Virus record (IMG/VR): IMGVR_UViG_3300009104_001827
Span: 62,001-126,000 of that record
Length of the DNA stretch: 64,000 nucleotides
Direction: 5' to 3' (one strand)
Below, piece by piece: positions 47,068-56,000 of the stretch (position 1 is the stretch's first letter; each line of letters begins with the position of its first letter). The notes under the pieces were generated by a model. The model had not been told where the DNA came from. It was given only the letters and a program-made list of their open reading frames with translations, and searched no databases. The translations under genes were made by a program, and so were the position numbers.

Positions 47068-50000
47068 ATGCCAGCAACAAGTATACTCCTCAAATTTAAG
47101 GTTCACAGCCTAACCGACACCTACCACGCCGTCGGGACTTCTGCGCAGGGGTCTTTTAATAAGGAGCTCGGCCGAGGTAGGGATTTGATTGTCGGCGGCG
47201 GAGTCGTAACTGAGGATGATCTAAAGCTTGGGGTTGGAATTGAAACGCAAATCTCTCTAGACGGTAAGTATGGGGAATTCACTATTCGAGTTTACGCCGA
47301 AAATGAATTGGGCCTTAGGTCGAAATATGTTGAGGTTGTAAAGCAGGTTCTAGGTCCGTCCGTGGACGGAACGTATTCCTTTGGGGACGTTCATGTTGCT
47401 GCGGGGGAGGTTGTTAGTAGGGAGTTTGTGGGATCCGACACTTATGATATCGGTAATACCACTAAGGTGAATTTAGATTTTAGGGGCGCGTCCCCCAATC
47501 TTAACTGGAGTCTTTTGGCTCCCCCGGGCCACGCCCTGGAGGGGAATCAATTGGATTCATCGATGGTTAAGGAAGATGGATTCTTTGACAAGTTTGTCAT
47601 ATCATTCTGGCGCCCAAACGGCTCTGGCAACTACGATATTTTGGATAGTGATGATGAGGCCAAGATGATTGATGATATCTTTGGGGATATTTTGGAGGAT
47701 ATGGGGTCTGGTAAATGGCAGTCCCAAACATTTTTCCTTAACTTCCCTGAATCCAGCTCGACTAACTTCTCTGGGCTGGCGGGTGGAAGCAACAAAAGAA
47801 AACTGTTAATTAAAATTGAAGCCCATGCAATTAAGTTTAATGCAAATGATCAAGATAAAATATCCCACCTGGAGGTAACTCTTGAGAATAGTAAAACCAA
47901 ATTAAAAACAAATTTTGTTGAGACTGTTGCTAATGATTTTATATTTTCATATGAAGCACAAGATATTGATCTCTCTCGGGTTGAGGTATTGCAGTATAGG
48001 CAAACGGGCCTCAGTACTTTTGGATTAGTTAAAACGTTTGGGGGTCCAAGTGATAGTGGGGTAAGCAAGGTCCAGCTGGGGACGATTAAAGCCCAGCAAA
48101 AATGGTCTAATGGAAGGGGTGACAGTGGCAATGACATTACTTCTTTGGTTAATGTCTACAAATATGTTATTGCCGTTTACGACTCGTTTGGCTTGTCCTC
48201 GGCTTACGCCCCTAAGGTCGATGGAGGTTTTGAAGAGAAGGATAGTATAGCCGACGCGCTGGACGCTTCGAATAGAACTTTTGAGTCTGTGGTTAAAATA
48301 GGTAATGTAACCATCGCCGACGTCGCTGATAAGTTTAATATTTCATGGAGCCTGGTGGACGCAAGAGGTAATGGTATAAGTTTCGACAACGATTCGAATT
48401 CAGATTTTGCTTCTGTTGTGAGCGGGGTGGTGGGGTATTTCCATCGGGCAGGCGACTCCCAGGGAGCTCACCCGATAATTGATGCATTTAAAGTTAATGA
48501 TGCCGGCGACAGGTTTGCAAGCACGCCTGCGTCTCTTAACATATCTGAATTAAAGCAAGAATATGGTGTCACGCTAATCCCTAATATATCCAAAGACGAA
48601 AACAAACGAATCCAAGAAAAATTGTACGACGATAGCACTCGAGAGGCTTCTCGGTCAATATATTTCACCCTAAAACTTCTGGACTCTCGTGGGGAGGTTA
48701 TAGATGAGCTTGAAGTCTCAGGTACTAATGAGCAACCTACAATTGAGTTGCCTGCTGGGGGCTTAAAAATTCACAATACAAGCCCGGTGGGGTCCATAAG
48801 CTTTGATTTTGAATTCAGCGAAAATATCGAATCCGTTAAAATTTATAGGAAACCAAGAAAGGTTGCTACCGTGACCACTGCGGCTCCCCAGGCTAATGAG
48901 GTTAGGTACGCCCAGCGGAGCCATGCCCGCTCCACTGAGGATTCTCCTTTTGGGTTGGTCCCTAATACACCGATGGCTTCAAAGTACAATGATGCAACCA
49001 CTCCCTCTTCTTATTTTGGATACTACATCCCTCCAGCCGGGAGCGCAGCTGACAGGCTTGCTGCAGCCACAACTTATGCGGAAGAAGTGATAGCTTACGA
49101 TGGGGGGCAGGGGTATTTTGTATCCGAGCAAAAGCTTTCCGGGCCGAACCCTACTGAAACGGATCCAGGAACAAGTAGTGCGACCATTGTTGATAAAGAC
49201 GTTCCCATGGCCCAAGTGTATGGAGACGGATGGGTAACTGATGTAGTTACTCTTTATGATTACGTTATCGTTCCTTATGATACATTTGGCGCAGGGGTTC
49301 CACATCTAATTAGGGGACAGGAAGTTATTGCATATCTTGTTACTACAAAAGATGATAAGGGTTTCGTTGGACAAATGGATATAATCCGGCCCCCCGCGCC
49401 GGAGAATTTTAAAATTAAGTCGTCTTTCAAGACGTTCTTCCTTAGTTGGGATGCTCCTCGTCAGAAAAAAGGGAAGATTGACTCCTATAAGGTCACCATG
49501 ATTAGGGATTCGAGACCCCTGAAGGATAGGAATGCTACCTCTATTCAACTTGGTAACGGCAATCTTAACTACGAGGGGACTGACAACACGGTGAATCGTC
49601 CATTTATTAAATGGGTGCCTCGCGCTGCAGGCGGCGATTACGCCGTTCGTGATAACGGGAGCTGGGCGGCAGTCTCCTCGGCAAGTGGGGAAATTAGTAA
49701 GGTGGGTTTAGTTGAAAACGAAACAGACTCTTGGTTGGTGAGGACTAGGGCTGCAGAGGATGGCACTTTTACTGAGAAAGAGGGGAGCTTGAAAATCGTC
49801 GGAGGGCAAATGCATATGAGCAAGGCTGGCGGTGATAATAAGTTTTTGGATGCTAATGGTAACCCCATGGTTACCTTTGAGGAATATATAGTCGACACCA
49901 CTAGCCTGGCAATTGAGGGAGAAAAGAATGAAACCGGGTATTTCTTTCTTGAGGCTATAGATAGAGTTGGGAACCATAGCGAGTTTTCTCATAATGGCGC

Positions 50001-53000
50001 TCCCGAAAATTTCGAACAATCTAGAACCCTGGGGCAGTCTGAGATAACTGATATATTTGGGTTTGAGCAAGAGATCACGAAAAAATTCCCAGGAGCGATA
50101 GTCCTTGTTCCGTCTGAGCCGTTCGATGTTGTGAACGAAGGAATAGAATGGGAGGAACATATATTGTATTCCAATGGGGAGGGAACGCTAATGAAGGCGG
50201 GAGCAATAAAAATGCGACCCGCAGCTGACGAATCTGGATATGAATTTTTGGGGCCAGAGGTAGAGATTGATGTAGAACTAATGGTCGACGGAGGGGTCTA
50301 CGAAATTAAGACTCCGGGCGACACGGACTTCACTTTGCTTGGGGCTCCTAACAGCACCGAAGGAACTATATTTGTCGCCACTGGCCCAGGAACGGGAAGC
50401 GGCAAGGTTAAGATAGATAAATATATCCAAAGTATTTATTGGGATCCAGCTGGTGGGTACGATACTGTCTCTGGGACTTTTAAGTCTACAACGAACGATG
50501 GAGGAAAGGCGAATGAAAGGCTCGGGGGCCCGCTTGAGGGCGTAGACGAGAATGTAGAATATGAGAAAACTGGGTACTATTCTTTCTCCGTATTTAATCC
50601 TGCAAGCGCAACTTATAATATAAAGGACGGAATCGATACTAGTGACGCGACCGGCTATAATGCCGTTATAAGATCGCCTGCTGCGGGAAATTATGGATTT
50701 CAAGATTTCATCGAGGTCGCTACTAGTTTGAATGGCAGGCCGACCCAGCAAACCATAGACATTACCGCATTCACATCTCATTGGGGCACAACTATATCCG
50801 ATGCTAAGGATGATCTTGTTAAGTATAACAGTAATAATGGCGAGGTTTCTGCCTCGTCTAAGGTCGTGGACATGATAAAAGCAGGTTACGGGATACATAT
50901 GCCTCTGGAGTCCCGGGGAGAGGGCGAACCTAAATCTATTGGAAAAAGAAATCCACTGGTCAAGCCTAGAGAGAAAAACGTTGTGGGGTCTGTGGTTGTT
51001 GGACGAATAAACCTCAAGCCCGACTTTGGGTTTTCGGTGACCTCAAGCTGGCACGCATTTGCCAATGCGGTAATTGGTACCGCCATGATAGGAGACGCAA
51101 CGATTAAAACCGCGCACGTAAACGACCTATCCGCCGACGTATTAACTTCGGGGGAAATCCACGGACATGAAATAATACTAGGGGAAAGAAAGGCTATTGG
51201 TGAGCCTGTCCAGTTTGGGTCTATTAGTAGCTTGGATTATCTTCCTGGAGGAATAAATTCTACCGGAACGGGCTTCGCTATCCACGGTGACGGAACTTTT
51301 TCATTTTCGTCTGGGGCGGGTGGAGACCCTCTTAACCCTAAGAAGGCCACCTCTCTTAGCTTTGATGGTGAGGGGCTTAATCTGAGAGGGTACCTTAATC
51401 AGCCGGATGGTACTCCGGGCAGCAGTATAAGGTTGTACGGTACTGCAGACCAAGTGTTAATACAAGACTTTCAGGTTCCGAACGTGGACGGCACTGCAGG
51501 AATCCTGTCTCCAGACGGAGGCGATATTACGGTCTACGGAACTATCAAGGGAGCATTTGACGCCAGGGGGCTAGCGCTAGGAGCGGAAAATGTTGTCGTA
51601 AAGGTATACCCTGAAGACCTAGCCGACAGCAAGCAGATCACACGCAAGGCCTCATACGCCGAATTTTCCGATCCGGGCCAAGGGCCAGATGTGGGCCACG
51701 CTTGGTGGTGGGCCAGTTCCGATCCAGTCGCGACAGTTAACGACGGAAATAATCTTGTTGCGTGGACGGCTGCGAGCTATTCTGAGGGAGACAAGCGCGG
51801 GCACCTTGGTCAGGCGTGGGAGGCCAATAGCAACACGAATGCTGGAGACGAGCCGGGGGCTAGCCCTAAATGGGATAATATTGGAGAGCTCAATGATGGG
51901 ATTAAGATAGAATTGGATTTCGGTGTCAACTCGGGGGATGATCCCCAGGGGATTGGTCTATCGAATAAATTTCTCAAAAGGGAACATGGCGAGATCCCTG
52001 CATTGGCTGATTATTTTTCTGTAGAGGTTAGGCTTAAATATGTTAATCTCCCCAGCACCTCTTCTGGAGGCATACAATGGGCTGCCACTAAGAGCTATAG
52101 GTCCGGAGACTACGTTATAAATGATGGAAATATTTATCAGGCTAAGCGGTCTATCCCCTCAGGGGATCATGTACCCACCGGGACAAGCGATATTTCGATT
52201 GACGGAAAACCTGTATGGTCATACATCGGCGACGGCCAGGATGGGCTGACAATTGATTCTGATATTTTTATAATCAAGCAGCTGCGCGAGGCCTCTGACG
52301 CTTTAAGTTTTCAATTACGACCCAATGAGGGCACAGTGGTTAAAGGTGACTCCGCAGGTTATTTGGACTTTACTCCATGGTTGATTTATGGATCCACCTC
52401 CTCCTATGACCTGACCAATCCTCAAGACGACAATCCTGTGTGGGTTCAAGATGTCGCCAAGAACATTAGGATCCTCAGGGAGGTCGTGGTTAAGAGGGAG
52501 CCTGACGGTTCTATAAGTGATTACGATGAGTGGAGCGCAAGCGAGGGGTACGATCCCGGTGACGTGGTTAAATCTAATGATAGGATATTCACCTGTTACG
52601 ACACCCATCCCGCAACCGCCACCAACCCAGCAAATAACAGCGCGTACTGGCAAGAGGAAACTTTAACTAAAATATCGAAGTCCCCCATGACTTCGTCTGA
52701 CGAAAAAATAACCTGGGAAAGTTTCAAACTAGGCGATGGTGTTCAGGTGGAGGGGAATCGTGTCTACAGGGATTCGTTTGGTATAGATGGGAGCGTAAAG
52801 TTTCAAAACATACTGTTCACCATGGAGCAGCACGCCACCATGGCTCATGTTGACGCCACCCCTAATATTCTCGACACCCTAAAGTTCACCTTGCTCCAGG
52901 ACGGCAATAGCGCCGGAGAGTTGAGTTTTTATGCGGCCGACGTGAACGGGGACCGTACCTCAGACCCTAAATACGCAATCACTAGAGAACTCAGCTCTGG

Positions 53001-56000
53001 CCTGAGGAAAAAGATGGACATCTCAGAAAAAACTTATTTCACCTGTAATTTTATTCAGGGGGCGGATTTATTGCCGGGCCCCTCGGGTTATCTATATATA
53101 GAAGCTGACGCAGGTGACCCTATTGTGGAGGGGAAAATTTTTGTAAAAAAGGATAACGGCGACGCTTTCGCTGGTGGCTTGGTGGAGATCTCTGTCGATG
53201 ACGCAACCGATGTCAGCCGCATTACTTTAAGGGTAAAATTACTAAACCCCGGCGGGGGAGTCATTGCCGTGGGGACGGAGCAAATAGATATCATAAGCAT
53301 AAAGCCGGAGCATAAGGCGTTCAGGCTTACCCTGAAGAGAGACTTTGTGGAATTCGATGGAAGTAGTCATGCCGTTAGTGATAATTTATTGTCCGTCACA
53401 AACATGGTTCCCCTTCAAGTCTTCTTGGGCGCGGAAAATGTGGTTTCTAAGTTTAATTTAAACGATGGGATTGAGGTTGTTCCTAGCTTTGGGTGGGTGG
53501 CTAGCGGAGAGGCGTTGGACAACGCCTTAAAAGACAACGCCGGCAATACTGGAAGGATTATGCCGCCAAATACATATGGAGACTCCACTACTGGACTGCG
53601 GGGCGCAATTGCCGCCGGAAGTCTAGCGGACGCTGTGCCCGCCGGGGACTTGACGTTCGATCCTTATTATATCTATAAGGATGGTAGCGATTATAAATTT
53701 AACATAATAAAAGACTCTGCCGGTAGTCTGGAGGCGGTTGAGTTGTCGTCCACAACGAGTAATTTCTTTTTCTATATCCCCGATAGCGCTAGTGGTGAAG
53801 AGGCGGTAAAGAAAAGACACGGACTATCTCTTAAGGCGACCTATAATAGGCACGCCGGAGGCCTCGATGGAATACCCGAAACCTACGAAGATATTGAGGA
53901 AGTAAAAGTAATCGAAAACGTTGCCGATGGAGTTAATCCGTTTTGGGTTACTAGTAAAAATCAAAACATGATAGTCTCCGCCACTGATACGGGTAAAATG
54001 TCTATCCCCGGAACGTCGGACGGCGAGGCCGAGGTTAATGTTTATAGAGGGAATAAGGAGGTGTTCCTCGCACCCAAAAAGATTAAAATCGGCAGCAACG
54101 TATTCACCCTCAATGCTGGAAGCGCGGCTTTTGAGTATACCGGGGGAGGGGTCGCTATTAACGCGGAAGTTGATACTGTCGAGCTTGAGTGGGAGGACGG
54201 CATCAAGGGTGCGGGCGACGAAAACTTCAAGAAAATAAAAAACGGGACTCCAACCATGGTGAGAGTCTCTAGGGGCGGCGACAGCTTCCCAAGGAACACT
54301 GACAACCAAAAGCGCCATGTAGTGATACTGGATAATGGGGGAGATGTACTGCAATTTGGAGACTTCTCTGTGCAAAACACGGGTATTATGGACGGGTCCA
54401 AATTTTCTCAAACCGATTTCATAGCCTGGCCGTCGGGCGCTGCCGATATAGCGACAAGACCTACGAACCTTAGCTCCTCATCGTATAACTCTTTAGAGAT
54501 TGAAAGCGGAAAATCTGTCACTGGCGTTAATGAATACCGGCTCGCGTCTAACTTTGCCCTTGCGGATGGTGAGCAATTGCTTACGGCTACCGGAGGCAAG
54601 CTTGATATCGCAGGCATAATTACGACTGTATATATTTACGACAATAAACTAGGCATCCGCGCCGAAACCAGCTTTGAGCGGAGCGTGGGGCTGGCCAAGA
54701 CTGGAGCTCCGGGCCCATCTTTTGCTTATAGGGGGGAGTATAGTCCGTTTAGATACTATAGGGGAGACGATCAGAGGATTGATGTAGTTAAATATACCGA
54801 CCCCACGGGAGTCTTGCCCGTTAAACATTATAAGGCCATCTCCGCCAGCGGGCCAGCGGGTACAGTGGGCAACACCACATTCCCCGGCGCGAAAGCCCCT
54901 CCAAACTCAACCTACTGGGACAACTTTAACGAACTTCAGAGCACTGCCACAGATTTATTACTAGCCTCTGACGTTTTTGTAAAAAGAGGCATCGTTACCG
55001 GAATAGACCGGGAGGTCGGCACTCAGCAACAGCCGTCGTTTATCGCTAGTCAATTAGAGAGCAGATATTATAATCTAAGCTCCTCTTTTGACCCACATGC
55101 AATGGGAGGAATTCAGAAGGGGATTGACTTTACAAACAATGGAACGCCGATATCCAATACTCATCCTTCGCTGGAAAGTTATTTGGCTGACAACTTCAGT
55201 GGCAGCACTACCTTTGCTGGGCCTGACGCTCAGGGCCGTATATGGTACCTCGATCAAACGGATTGGGATTATTATATAAAGGAAACCGGAATCAATCCGC
55301 CTGCCGGAACAAATAATATAGACGCATGGGCCCGCGCTCAATTCCTCGCTGGCAACGGAGACAAAACTTATATTCGAATCAGGGAAAGCGTTCCTGACAG
55401 CGCCACAGATGGCACCAGATCGATTCGATCCAGGCGTTCACAGAAAACATATAAAACCCCCAACGATAAGCTTCCTGGGTTTTTCCTTGGGTTCGATAGG
55501 ATAGATACTGCTGTTACTAATTCATCTGCTAGTGGTGGTGCCGATTGGGCCGCAGATGATTTTTATGTTCCGAAGTTCGAGCTAAGAAGCGTATTTGGAA
55601 ATTACTTATATTGGGATGGGAATAACTTAAATATAAAAGGCGCTATCATTAATGCGTCTGCTGATGATAGTAATTTTTTAAGATTGGCTGCTGCGGACGA
55701 CGTATTAATTTTGAGCGGACCTCAGAACCCCGACACTGGGGGGCAAACATTTGTTGGCGGCGGTTTTAATAACGAATTAACTCCGAGGTTAGACAACCTG
55801 GGCTCATCTATTATGGGTGGGGGCGCCAATAAGATTAGCATAAACGAAACCGCACAAAAACCAAGGTTCTCCGTCATCGGCGGTGGCTACGGAAACGAAA
55901 TACATAATCCGTTCTCGTTTATTGGGGGTGGATATTTAAATAAGATCGGGGGCTTTGTTCCTAAGGGAGAGACTGCAGCGGAGCTAAAGTCTGAGGACGG

